Of a DNA stretch of 64,000 nt, positions 1 through 10,582 are shown one piece after another. Both the position numbers and the translations under genes were made by a program. How positions within the stretch are numbered: the stretch's first letter is position 1; each line of letters starts with the position of its first letter. The stretch is from Batkoa obscura (lineage: Eukaryota): the NCBI GenBank assembly GCA_030770535.1, contig JASVEC010000012.1:1116001-1180000 (forward strand), written 5' to 3'. The notes beneath the pieces are model-generated. The model did no database searches and was not told where the DNA came from. It was given only the letters and a program-made list of their open reading frames with translations.

Positions 1-1202
1 TAGTTAATATAAAACATGTATACAATATTTTTATAATAATAAAGAATTTCAAGGCTTGGCAAAAATATGTTTTTAATTGAGATTTAGCTATTGTATTTTT
101 ATGAACTCAAGAAATATAAAAAATAGACAAAGTAGTAAAATAAAAAAGGCCTTTTTATATTATTATAGATGCTACTTGTAGGGATGTTTATTAAATTAGC
201 ATAAAAAAGCACAAACATATTATGATATTGAGTAATATAAAAGTAAAGGGGCATGTAATAAAGAAAAATGGAAGTAAAAAGCAAGTGAGCACTAACTGGT
301 AACCGATTCTTGACTAGTTTTAAAGTTATATCTGGCTTTTAAAACAATTCCTAAGTTAAGTGGTGCTTTCACTTTATGAATTGGCTTCAATATTTTCAAA
401 TGTTATTTTTTAAAAAGACAAGAATTATTATAAATAAAACTTATATTAGTTAATTATAGATCGTAAGATTGATAATATTCATTTATTAAAAATAATAGTT
501 ATGTTTTTTTCATTTTACATAGCTAAGCATTTCCGAGAAATAGGGAAGTTGATTTGTTACTTTAGCTAATAAAATTTTAAATTAGAAGATATTAAAAAAA
601 TAATATAATAAAATAAACGAAGGGTAAATTAAAAATTAAAACTATTAGTTAGTATTTAGTATTTAATTAAAAATGTTAATGCTAATATACTCTTTTTATT
701 TAACAAACCTTGGTTGATTGAAACATATTTCACTTATAAAATATCAAATCATTATTTATTATTTGATTGCACATGTCAAAATATTAAAAATAGCACAAGT
801 CAGGACTCGCAGCAGAATAAAAAGGATAAGAATTATAGAAAAGGGAAGCCAATGGGGTTTTGGGTAATAGATATCATTATCATTTAACTACAAAATGTTA
901 TATTTTATTTTTATTTAACTACATATGTTATTATACTATCAAGTTAAATGAACTATACTGTATATACCAATTACACAATTATGGCATTTATTTTCAATTT
1001 TTATATAATAAAAATGGATTAGTTAAGAGAGGGTTTGGTCTAGTTATCAATTTAATCGGTTTCAACTTAACATAATTAAAAGAAAACTGGTTAAGCATCA
1101 TTTACCCCATTTAGAAGCAAAACTTGATTCTATGATATCACAATAAACTATATATACGAAGTATAAACATATTATACAAAATTACTTATTTATAAAAAGT
1201 GA

Positions 1203-1796
1203 ATGGAATCTAAAAGAAACTCGATATTGCCTAACCTTATAAAACAGACAGAAATTATAGAGCTAGAATCTAATCATACAATCAAAAAGCACATCTTCTT
1301 ACATTGTATTGGCCCAGACTCAAAACCATTGATAGATTGGTCAACGTATAATGCTACTTCTTACTCAACTTACCGTCCAAATATTGATTTAGACTATGAA
1401 TATCGCTACGATAAGCCGAGTAGCGACTCAGAGGAGGAGTATAGTGATGATGACATGAACAAAGAGATAAATTGCACCTTATTGAATCAAACCAAAATCA
1501 TGCAAACCAAGAATTCATTACTGGAAAAGATAGGCGTTGAATTTGACCGAGGAATTACTAATGCAGCTACATTTACAGCCTTGAAAGATTTACCAAGAAC
1601 ACGTAGCTTAAGCTCTAGTAACTTTAGTAATGAGGATATCAAAGCAAATAAAGTGTTAGGTAGCTTTAATATTTTATTGGCTAAGATTCAACTTAAATTG
1701 TCCGATTTAACTAATAATCCAGATAAAGTGTATGCTAAAGCAGAGAGAAATTTGATGGTTGGAAGGCTACAAATTGGCAAACCCCTTTTTGTGTAA
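1203..1796 (+). CDS. Hypothetical protein with internal duplication and C-terminal CsbD-like segment; paralog of 7127-7693
   Basis: Intronless 197 aa ORF with upstream TATA-like TATATA. Clear similarity to the 7127-7693 ORF (LIKQTEIIELE, FLHC.GPD..PLIDWSTY, AERNL.VGRLQ). Confidence 0.85.
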   Translation: MESKRNSILPNLIKQTEIIELESNHTIKKHIFLHCIGPDSKPLIDWSTYNATSYSTYRPNIDLDYEYRYDKPSSDSEEEYSDDDMNKEINCTLLNQTKIMQTKNSLLEKIGVEFDRGITNAATFTALKDLPRTRSLSSSNFSNEDIKANKVLGSFNILLAKIQLKLSDLTNNPDKVYAKAERNLMVGRLQIGKPLFV

Positions 1797-1964
1797 AGTT
1801 TTTGATTTTAAAGTATTTATTTATGTTTAATAAAAAGTTTGTTTTATTTTTATTTAAAGATCTATTTTATATCACTCTTTAAAAATGCTAATGAGGACAG
1901 ATGCTTTTATAAATTAATTTTATTGGCTAATCACTAGCAAATTTTTGTTTTTTAATACAACTTC

Positions 1965-2069
1965 ATATCGGAGTGTTTTTTTTGGCTTTATCGCTTTTTC
2001 CATTTTTTGAGCGCTATTTGAGCGGAAAAATTATTAGTAAAATTTAAACAAAAAAATACATCCTCATAT
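1965..2069 (+). mobile_element. MITE family A copy 1
   Basis: ATATCGGAGTG...AGCGCTATTTGAGCGGAAAAA...TACATCCTCATAT; matches 12 other copies in the window. Confidence 0.85.
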
Positions 2070-3469
2070 CATTAATATCTGTAACTTTATTATTATCCAT
2101 AAGATAGTTTTTCATCATTATAAGAAATTATTAAACTTGCACTCCTTTAACTATCCTGACCTTTACTTATTGACAATAATCTCTTAAAAAACCCAGTCAT
2201 TTATTTATTGATGTAAATCATACCAATATTAATTATATATCTACTTAAATGACAACAATAATAGGTATCTCCTGAGATAATACAATGCACATCAAGTCTT
2301 TAGAATTTATATAATTACTTCCTAAAAAAATATAAACTTATGATCAACTATAATTATAATATTAGGCCTTATAAAATTTCTGGATCGAAGAAGCTATTGT
2401 GGATAAAATATTGCTTTACTAATGATGTTGATAACGTATTGTTTAGTATGTCAGCTCCTATCCGCCTCACTGGTGTAGTCTATTTAAGGATTACGTTTTT
2501 ATGAAAGTAGTTTTGTAGCTTTTGTTAGATCCCTATTCATATGATTTATTAAACTATTATAATAGTAGTATAAGAAGTTTTAAATTGTATAAAACATTAA
2601 CACTGTTGCTCATACTATACACAAATGACAATAAAGTCACAAATGCGCTTATTTTTTAACGATACTAATCAAAAAGAAAATCCATACTCAATTATAGATT
2701 TATCATTATATCAATCAAAAGCTATTTGTACAATTTTTGGGTATTTATTTTGCAATTTATTATGAATCAAGGTGTAGCACTATATTATTCCCTTACTCTG
2801 TTAATGTGGTCATTGTAGTCACTCGGGTCAATTTTTATGTAATCCTAATGTATCAGAGAAGCAAATATATAAATTGTAGTGGCATCTATAAAGCCTCTTT
2901 AGTGTGACGTATAAAAAATTTGGCATTCTATTGGGATTGAGGTTTAAGGATAAAAGGTTTAGAATTAAACTGAATACTATCACTTTGGTAATGCGAAAAC
3001 TGTTTACTATGTTGTACAGTTATTTTGTTACTTTGCGACAATAATTTAAGGCGAATTTACAACGCTTATGCAACCAAGTAAAGGAATGGTTGCAAAAACT
3101 ATGAGTAGATAAATAGGCCATAAATAATATTATGAAAGAAGATTAGCGTTTTGTAAGTGGTAATAAAGCTATTGAGATTAATAAAAGCTTTAGGTAAAAC
3201 AACAACCAGCTAAGCGGTAGGGTTTTTAGAAATCTAAATCAGTCATACCTTTGTAAAGATTATAGTATTGAAATATAAATTATTTATACATAATCTGCAA
3301 CTTCCTTCCGAGAATATAAATAGAATAGATAATTCGCTACAATTTAATAAAGTGAACTGTTATACCAAAGCAATTATACAATATTAGAATTGATTAAAAT
3401 TTAAATAAAAAATCGGCATTTAATAAGTTTAAATAAAAACTAATCTTTATTTACAATTAATTATACTAT

Positions 3470-4027
3470 TTACACAACACTACGATTATACTTAGCAGCA
3501 GAAATTTTAGCATCTCCTTTTAATTTATCTTGCGTACCAGATACAATGACTTCAGGCTTATTCAATACTTTACCAACTGTTTCTTTAATACTACCTTTTA
3601 CTTTATCCATTTTTCCTCCAACGCTGCTTGGTTTTACATTTCCATGTTGGGCTGGATTGACGTTATGGGTATGGCCAACGGTATTATGACCGGTAGTGTG
3701 GTGACCAGTAGTATGATGACCAGTACCAACAATAGGTTGTCCGGTAGTGTGGTGACCAGTAGTATGGTGACCAGTACCAACAATAGGTTGACCGGTAGTA
3801 TGGTGACCAGTAGTATGGTGACCAGTACCAACAATAGGTTGTCCGGTAGTGTGGTGACCAGTAGTATGGTGACCAGTACCAACAATAGGTTGTCCGGTAG
3901 TGTGGTGACCAGTAGTATGATGACCAGTACCAACAATAGGTTGACCGGTAGTGTGGTGTCCAGTAGTATGATGGGTACCAACTGGTTCAGTAATTACGTT
4001 AGAGTGTTTATTATTTTTTAAATGCAT
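3470..4027 (-). CDS. His/Thr/Gly-rich repeat protein (hydrophilin-like) with C-terminal CsbD-like domain
   Basis: 185 aa intronless ORF with GHHTTGHHTTGQPIVGT repeats. C-terminus GGKMDKVKGSIKETVGKV...GTQDKLKGDA is CsbD-like and shared with 34310-36133. Confidence 0.85.
   Translation of the reverse strand: MHLKNNKHSNVITEPVGTHHTTGHHTTGQPIVGTGHHTTGHHTTGQPIVGTGHHTTGHHTTGQPIVGTGHHTTGHHTTGQPIVGTGHHTTGHHTTGQPIVGTGHHTTGHHTTGHNTVGHTHNVNPAQHGNVKPSSVGGKMDKVKGSIKETVGKVLNKPEVIVSGTQDKLKGDAKISAAKYNRSVV
3686..3985. repeat. 51-bp coding tandem repeat (~5 units, built from 15-bp subunits)
   Basis: ccggtagtgtggtgaccagtagtatg(g/a)tgaccagtaccaacaataggttg repeated near-perfectly. Confidence 0.95.
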
Positions 4028-4453
4028 TTTGAATTTTTTAATGATATTTTAAGATATTTTTCTGTGTATTTATATTATTTTTTTGTTATGGTTTTATTTT
4101 ATTTTGGTTTTTTGTTATGCAATTATGATCTTACTTTTTTAACTTTTGTATTGATAAATCAATTAGCTGTAACTATTAAATCATTTTTCATAGTTTATTT
4201 TTAAATTAAGATTTCAAACTGACGTAGTAAAAACGAAGGTAATAAAAAATCAAAAGTAAAACTAAGGTTTATAATATTTGTGAAAATTAAATAATTAATA
4301 TTATTATGTAACATTAAATCATTAAAAAAATAAAATGAAAAGTATATTGTATTACTCATTATATTAAAATAAAAAGGCCTTTAAGATCAATGAAATCTTT
4401 ATTATTAAACTTATGCCAATTATCATAATTGTTGACATTACCTTAGCATTTTT

Positions 4454-4560
4454 ATATGAGGATGTTTTTTTTGGTTTCATTATTTTTTCTATCTTTTAAG
4501 CACTATTTTAGTGGAAAAATTGTTAGTAAAATTCTTAAACATAAAAATACACTCCCATAT
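4454..4560 (+). mobile_element. MITE family A copy 2
   Basis: ATATGAGGATGTTTT...TACACTCCCATAT. Confidence 0.9.
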
Positions 4561-4694
4561 CATGAAATATAATTTTTGACTTTCTTTAACCAAGGATGCT
4601 GTTGAGTTTAATCCCGTTGAAAAGTAATACATGACTGAAATTAAAATTGATATAGTGCATCAACTTTACTATACATTTTACTTTCATTTTTAAA

Positions 4695-5129
4695 ATGGGC
4701 CGCTCTAAGGCTAGTAACAAAAAATCATTGATTAGATTGAATAAATAAAGTGCCGCTTCTAACAAGGTATAATGTAGAAGTACCTCTGCCTCTAGTAGAA
4801 TGCAGAATAAAAATACCACTATCGCCACTCGAGAAGAGCACAGAAGTATGATTGTTTCAAGTAAAACACAAAATAGAAGTACCACTGTTGATACCAAGTT
4901 GGAGCATAAAGAGAGTATCATTTATAATCGTATAGAGCACAAAGGACCCAAAAGTTATACTCAATCAAAGACTATATATTGAAATAATCCCAAATCAGGT
5001 AACAATATTTCTATCAATAAATAGGATAAGTTTATTAAAGTCTAAAAGTATGTTACTCAAGCGAAAGAATTTAGGGAGAGAATACTAGAACTAAAACTAA
5101 GTATGTTTGATAAATACTCAATTATATAA
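4695..5129 (+). pseudogene. Probable pseudogene with degenerate 11-residue repeats
   Basis: ATG at 4695 (MGRSKASNKK...) is in frame with the 4800-4982 ORF. The frame continues through isolated TAA/TGA/TAG stops. 33-bp periodicity (RSTSASSRMQN/KNTTIATREEH/RSMIVSSKTQN/RSTTVDTKLEH). Confidence 0.5.
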
Positions 5130-5262
5130 CTTATTATCTAACACTGCTTTAACAGCTCCTACAATATTATTAAAATAACGTTATTGATTACTTAACTGAT
5201 TTTAATTTTTATAAAATACCTGATTTATACTTTATTAAAATTATATGAATTCATAAACTTTA

Positions 5263-5298
5263 GTCAATATTATTAAACAAAAAAACACATCCCCATAT
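5263..5298 (+). mobile_element. MITE family A right-end fragment
   Basis: ATTATTAAACAAAAAAACACATCCCCATAT matches the right terminus only. Confidence 0.6.
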
Positions 5299-5741
5299 CT
5301 TGAGTAGAACTATAGTTTATACAAACAAATGTATGATCCTATTGTTTTTAATAAATTAAACTATAAAATAAAATAAATTTGATTAGATAATCGAAGTTAA
5401 TACCTGGTGTATTTTTCAAATCATCAAGTTATTATCTAATATTAATTATTATGTAAACTAATATCTATAATTTGATACAAGTTCCGAAGCTCAAACTTAT
5501 AATTTTTTTTATAAATTTTACTAGTTTGAAATATTGATAAAAATTAATTAATATTAACTTTTATAACCTATATTTTTATCATAGTTTGATTAATATAGGT
5601 TTACATCTTATAATGTATTTTATAGTTAATATTAACCTATATATTATGCTATATATATAAAACTACTAAAATTTATTCAAATTAATAATTTAGAAGCTCT
5701 AAGATTTATAATAATTCTAAATTTTTAAAAAGTTTATAAGA

Positions 5742-5847
5742 ATATGGGGATGTTTTTTTGGTTTCATTACTTTTTCCATTTTTTAAGTGCTATTTGAGTA
5801 GAAAGATTGTTAGTAAAATTATTAAACAAAAAAATACATCCCCATAT
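5742..5847 (+). mobile_element. MITE family A copy 3
   Basis: ATATGGGGATGTTTT...TACATCCCCATAT. Confidence 0.9.
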
Positions 5848-6447
5848 AATACTAATTTTGTGTAAATAAAAAAAGTAAAAAATAAAAAATAAAGGCATAG
5901 TATAGTTTATATTAGTAGTAGAGATAGAAATATTAAAATTTTATTACATAAAATTGAGTCTATTTAAATCAAAAGTGGTTTCTATTCTTTATTAGGTGAA
6001 TTATATTTAAAATTGTAATAAGTCATAAAAAGATAAACTATATAAATATCAACTTTATTAGTTTAAGTATTATAGTTTTAATTTCACTAGATTTAATTTA
6101 TGACATCTAAAGAGCTTAGTATCTTTCATAAAACTAAGTGGATATCTTCCTTTTTCCCCCATTGTTCACCTTTAAATGCTTTACCATTTAGCCTTGTTGA
6201 ACCTTTTCTCCTATAAAACACTTAGGAGCCTTTGGCTCTTTCAAGATTTTAACTCATTAAAAAGCTTAAGACATTAAACAAAATGACTAATGTTGTATTT
6301 TATACTTATAGAAGTTTATTTTATAAGGTGCTGCTCTCCCTGGTAGATAAGTGTATACAAAAACTTAGTTTATTGATTTTGTGTGAAGCAATGTATTAAG
6401 CGAATAGTATATAAACCTTTGAATTTATTTCAGATCAGAATTTCAAA

Positions 6448-6693
6448 ATGTATCACTCTTATAACAATAATAGCTATCAATCTTCAAGCAATTCTTTAAA
6501 TAAAGATAAAGTTGGTTACAACCAACTAAAGACTAAGGCTGAACCAAAGGTAGATACCAAATGTGAAGTTAAACCAAGCGTTAGCCCTTCTCTTACTGCT
6601 GATTTAAGTAACTCTACTTTGAACAAAAAGAAAGACTCCAAGCCGGATGACTTAAAGCAACAACAGACTGTACAAGAGGCCATGTATGGATAA
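6448..6693 (+). CDS. Small hydrophilic hypothetical protein (81 aa)
   Basis: TATATAAA about 40 bp upstream, AAAATG start context, higher GC than flanks, AATAAA downstream. No recognisable family. Confidence 0.6.
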   Translation: MYHSYNNNSYQSSSNSLNKDKVGYNQLKTKAEPKVDTKCEVKPSVSPSLTADLSNSTLNKKKDSKPDDLKQQQTVQEAMYG

Positions 6694-7126
6694 TATGGAG
6701 GAGCCCCCTTACCTTTACTTTATTCATATTGTATTAGCGACTTCTATTTTATAAATAAAAATCATGCTATTAACTTAATTTTTTACAAACCTTGGAATAG
6801 CAAAAGCTCATATCATAAATGTTTTATTTCTCAAGAAAGTTCTAAAGTAGTTAACTAGAGGTCATGAGAGGATTTAAGGTGAGCTAATTTTCGGAATACA
6901 AATTTGAACCCAACGACCTTCTTTTAGACCCAGTCATGCCAAACGAAGTAACTTGGAATTCTGTTTTGCGCAGGTTAGTTCATATGAAGGAAATGGTGGA
7001 TGGAGCGGTAGGAGAACAGAGATATCGTCTGAAGATAATTTTGTACAGTAAGAGTTGATGATCCACATACATGTAGTCATATTGAAAGGTTATATAAAGC
7101 TACGTGGTTCTAGATTTATAGAAAAA

Positions 7127-7693
7127 TTAATTAACGGGTTTATTTAATTGTAATCTTCCAACAATCAAATTTCTTTCAGCACTAGCCTGAAGTTTATTAG
7201 GATTGCCTGCCCAGTCCGATATTTTTAACTGCATTTTTGCTATCATCACATTGAACCTTCCTTTAACTTTATTGCGTCGAATGTCATCTGTACCAAAGTT
7301 GTTATGCTTTTTCTTTTCATCTTGATTCAATTCAGTTAATGCTATGAAAGTGGCACAATCTGTAACACCTCGATCTTCTTTATCAACTCCGATATTTTGT
7401 AAAAGTTGGTTACTTGTTTGGAGGATTTCCGTTTGCTTTAACAATCTTCCAGTTACCATTGGATTTGGTTTAATATTATTAGACTCATTTGATTTCAATA
7501 GAACATTTGGTTTATATTTGGAAAACGAAGTTGACTCATACGTTGACCAATCGATCAATGGGGTTGCATCAGGTCCTACACAATGTAAAAAGGTTTGTTT
7601 TTTCATATTGTTTTTACCCTCCAATTCAATGATCTCAGTTTGTTTTATTAGATCTGGCATCAAATTGTTTGTATTCAATTTATTATCGTTCAT
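7127..7693 (-). CDS. Hypothetical protein with C-terminal CsbD-like segment; paralog of 1203-1796
   Basis: 188 aa intronless ORF alignable to 1203-1796 over its full length; upstream TATATAAA. Confidence 0.85.
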   Translation of the reverse strand: MNDNKLNTNNLMPDLIKQTEIIELEGKNNMKKQTFLHCVGPDATPLIDWSTYESTSFSKYKPNVLLKSNESNNIKPNPMVTGRLLKQTEILQTSNQLLQNIGVDKEDRGVTDCATFIALTELNQDEKKKHNNFGTDDIRRNKVKGRFNVMIAKMQLKISDWAGNPNKLQASAERNLIVGRLQLNKPVN

Positions 7694-8051
7694 ATCAATT
7701 AATTTACTTTTTAAAATTTATAAAATATATTTCACTTTTATATATATTCTTATTGATGATTTCATCTTTCCCCCATCTTTCTTTTTACTTCCTTTCTTAA
7801 ATTGACCTGGTGACTGTGTACCTTATTATTTCGATTTCCTTTTTTGTAAAACCTTACTGTTCATTATAACAGGTAGTTAATTATTTCTGTCCCTCAAAAA
7901 TCATTAAAAAACTAATAGTGAGCTAATAAACTATTTTAAAAAACTGAAATCTCAGTTAAGATAAACGAAAGCATTTAAAACATGAAATTCATAAACTATG
8001 ATATTTAATGTATATTATTTATTATTTAATATTAATCCATGAATTTTGTAT

Positions 8052-8690
8052 TTAATGCTTTTCTGGACATTTACCAAGTAATTTGATACTAGACCAACAG
8101 CTATTAGTACCTTTGTAGATACCATCTTCAATAAAGAGATCACGATCTAAGAAACCTAAAGTGATATGACCCCAAAAAGCTTCAGGTTGGAATAAAGCAC
8201 CCTCACCGCCCTTACTTTTATAGACATTAAATATATCTTTACGGATATCAATATAACGTTGTTGATTTTTTAAGATCAAATTATAAACCTCTTGTTGTTT
8301 ATCAGCAATAACTACTCTTTGACGTCCAATACAAGCAATGTTAACTGGAATCTGTTGGATCTTATGCTTAAGTGCGATGTCATTAATCTCCTTCATTGTA
8401 ACTCCAGCCTTGGATAAAACTTTGTCAAATTCAGGTGGGCTAACGACAGTGATATGAGCTTCACCACGGGATTTTAATGAAATACCAACGGTGCTATTAA
8501 GTTTATTAAATAATGGCTTAATGTAGCTGAAGTCTAAAGTTTGCTGAAGGTAGTTAGTGAACGGTTTTTCTCCAATTTTTGGCTCAAATGGGATAGGAGA
8601 GGAATCAAGTGCTCTACGATCTAATTCAAAGCTGGTTTGAGCATTAACTAAGGCTAAAGTAGCAAGGAGGAAACTGAAGTTGAATTGCAT
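8052..8690 (-). CDS. Secreted 2H phosphoesterase-family protein
   Basis: Signal peptide MQFNFSFLLATLALVNA and two HxT motifs (AHITVV, GHITLG) about 95 aa apart, diagnostic of the 2H fold. Confidence 0.8.
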   Translation of the reverse strand: MQFNFSFLLATLALVNAQTSFELDRRALDSSPIPFEPKIGEKPFTNYLQQTLDFSYIKPLFNKLNSTVGISLKSRGEAHITVVSPPEFDKVLSKAGVTMKEINDIALKHKIQQIPVNIACIGRQRVVIADKQQEVYNLILKNQQRYIDIRKDIFNVYKSKGGEGALFQPEAFWGHITLGFLDRDLFIEDGIYKGTNSCWSSIKLLGKCPEKH

Positions 8691-9708
8691 GATATCTTAT
8701 TGAGTTGAACTATAAAAAGCAAAAGCTAAATTTCATTAAAGTAAAATTGGCTGGTTTTATTGACTTGGTGTAGGGAATTAAGTTTTATTCGAGAACTGAA
8801 TTTCTTTACTTTTAAAGCAATTTAATAGCTTAGGTTCCTAACAACTTATTCATTCTCTCGTCTTTTTTATGGTTATTTTTTCATGTTTGCCTCGAACCTT
8901 ATTTACTTACCCATGCTTTCTCTTATTTATATATGAAAATTTTATTAGTAACATTTATGTTGCTTCTTTTCAATATTATAATTATTTTTGTTTTATAAAT
9001 AATTCTATTTACAAAATAACCCAATTAAATCTCATTTTCTATCAATGTGCTAGAATGGTTAAAATTTAGGATGTTTAATTCGGAACCAAATTTCTCAATA
9101 CTGCTGATAGTAAATTAGAAATTGTTTATTATTATTATTTTATTCACTAATGGACTATTAGGACTAAATCATGTCAGTAAATAGAGAACTAGCTTTAATA
9201 AGTAGCTTTAATACTGGTAATGCTATAGTTTAAAATGAATAAAAAATTGTAAGGCTTTTTGCTGTTGTTCCAATTGAAATTGATAGGTTTTTATAAAAAA
9301 TTTGTTAGTTGTATTAAGAAATGAAATTTAAATCAAGCTAAATTTCTAAGATTTAATATTACAAAACTCCCTTCAAGTTAGATTAAATTCAATTTAGTTA
9401 CATAAAATAAGCGAATTAACCAGGTTGAATTAAATTTCAAAGGTGTGAAGAAATAACTAAGAAAAAAAAAGTACTTAATCTTATTAATACCTATTTTGAC
9501 AATAGGAAAGAAAATAGTTTACTATATCTAGCTGGTAAAGCTAATTTCACTTAAATAAAACAAAATGCCATGTATTAACAAAAACAAACCCGTAATATCA
9601 AACTAAAGGTATATAAACCAGTAGTCATAGTACCATAAATAGTTATAGAAAAACAAAAACTTAAATACTAACTGCTAATTACTACAGTCTATCTCAGTAA
9701 CAGGAAAA

Positions 9709-10335
9709 ATGATTGCTCCTTTATTCTTTACCTACTTTATTACCTCAATCTTGGCTGCTCCAAACTTCTATAATGGCTACAATCCTTACACTGGTTTAAA
9801 TGTCAATGTTGATACCAATATAGCAGCCAATATAGGAAAAACCGTTTACATTGATGCTAATACCGCCTTGGCTTTAGGGTTAATTTCCAACTCGCATCCA
9901 CATGTTTACCAAAGAGATTATACTACTATCAATAATAACTTAGATCTCAATGCAACTGCAAAACCAGATGCTAACGTCAAATTTGGTCACCTTGCATTTG
10001 CACTCGATACTGATGCTAATCAAGGATACAGCCGTAGCTTGGCTATAGGTGCTAGTGTAAAGACAGATACTCAAGCAGGACAGTCAGGTTCTCATTATTA
10101 TAGAAGAAATTACGACTATGGAAACAATGGGAATAATGGGTTAGATGTCAATGCTGATGCGGCTGCCAAAGTTCAAGTAGGTAAGCTGGTTGATGTTAAT
10201 GCTAATGCTAAGCTTGGGTTAGCTCTTGGGGCACCTCAGTATGGGTACGGGTATGTATACGGGAATGGTCTATCCCTCAATACAGATGCTTTACTTGATG
10301 CACATTTAGGACATGTTGGAGGGTCTTATTACTAA
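9709..10335 (+). CDS. Secreted Asn/Gly/Ala-rich internal-repeat protein
   Basis: Signal peptide ending ILA-APN. Repeats GL[ND]VN.D......GK.V..[DN]AN..L.L. TATATAAA at about 9610. Confidence 0.8.
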   Translation: MIAPLFFTYFITSILAAPNFYNGYNPYTGLNVNVDTNIAANIGKTVYIDANTALALGLISNSHPHVYQRDYTTINNNLDLNATAKPDANVKFGHLAFALDTDANQGYSRSLAIGASVKTDTQAGQSGSHYYRRNYDYGNNGNNGLDVNADAAAKVQVGKLVDVNANAKLGLALGAPQYGYGYVYGNGLSLNTDALLDAHLGHVGGSYY

Positions 10336-10475
10336 GAAAAAAGAAAATGATAGATTATTAAAATAGAATGATAATATTTTTATATTAAAAAATAGTAAAT
10401 TAAATTGTTTGGTTTTTATTTTATTACTGATTATATTTATTATTCTACATACTAATTTATGGCTAATGTTTTGAT

Positions 10476-10582
10476 ATTTGGGGAAGTATTTTTGTGTTTA
10501 AGAATTTTACTAACAATCTTTCCGCTCAAGTAGCGCTTAAAAGATAGAAAAAATAATGAAGCCAAAAAAGATACCCCCATTT
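10476..10582 (-). mobile_element. MITE family A copy 4
   Basis: Reverse-complement copy (TTCCGCTCAAGTAGCGCTTAAAAGAT). Confidence 0.85.

Noticed and set aside
99..1075. Short Phe/Tyr/Ile-rich ORFs (also 4022, 8869, 36969, 60377)
   Set aside because: Composition expected from random AT-rich DNA, several lack ATG starts, and none has a motif.
3686..3985. CRISPR-like appearance of the regular repeats
   Set aside because: No unique spacers, in-frame coding repeat, eukaryotic context, no cas genes.
3530..4021. Overlapping ORFs 3530-4021 (+) and 3634-3981 (-)
   Set aside because: Shadow frames of the 51-bp repeat; only 3470-4027 has a conserved domain and a paralog.
1100..7780. Shared TTWCCCCAT-like motif upstream of the genes at 1203, 6448 and 7693
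   Set aside because: Short and variable in position; enrichment cannot be shown without genome-wide statistics.
7344..7805. 153 aa + strand ORF
   Set aside because: Antisense shadow of 7127-7693.
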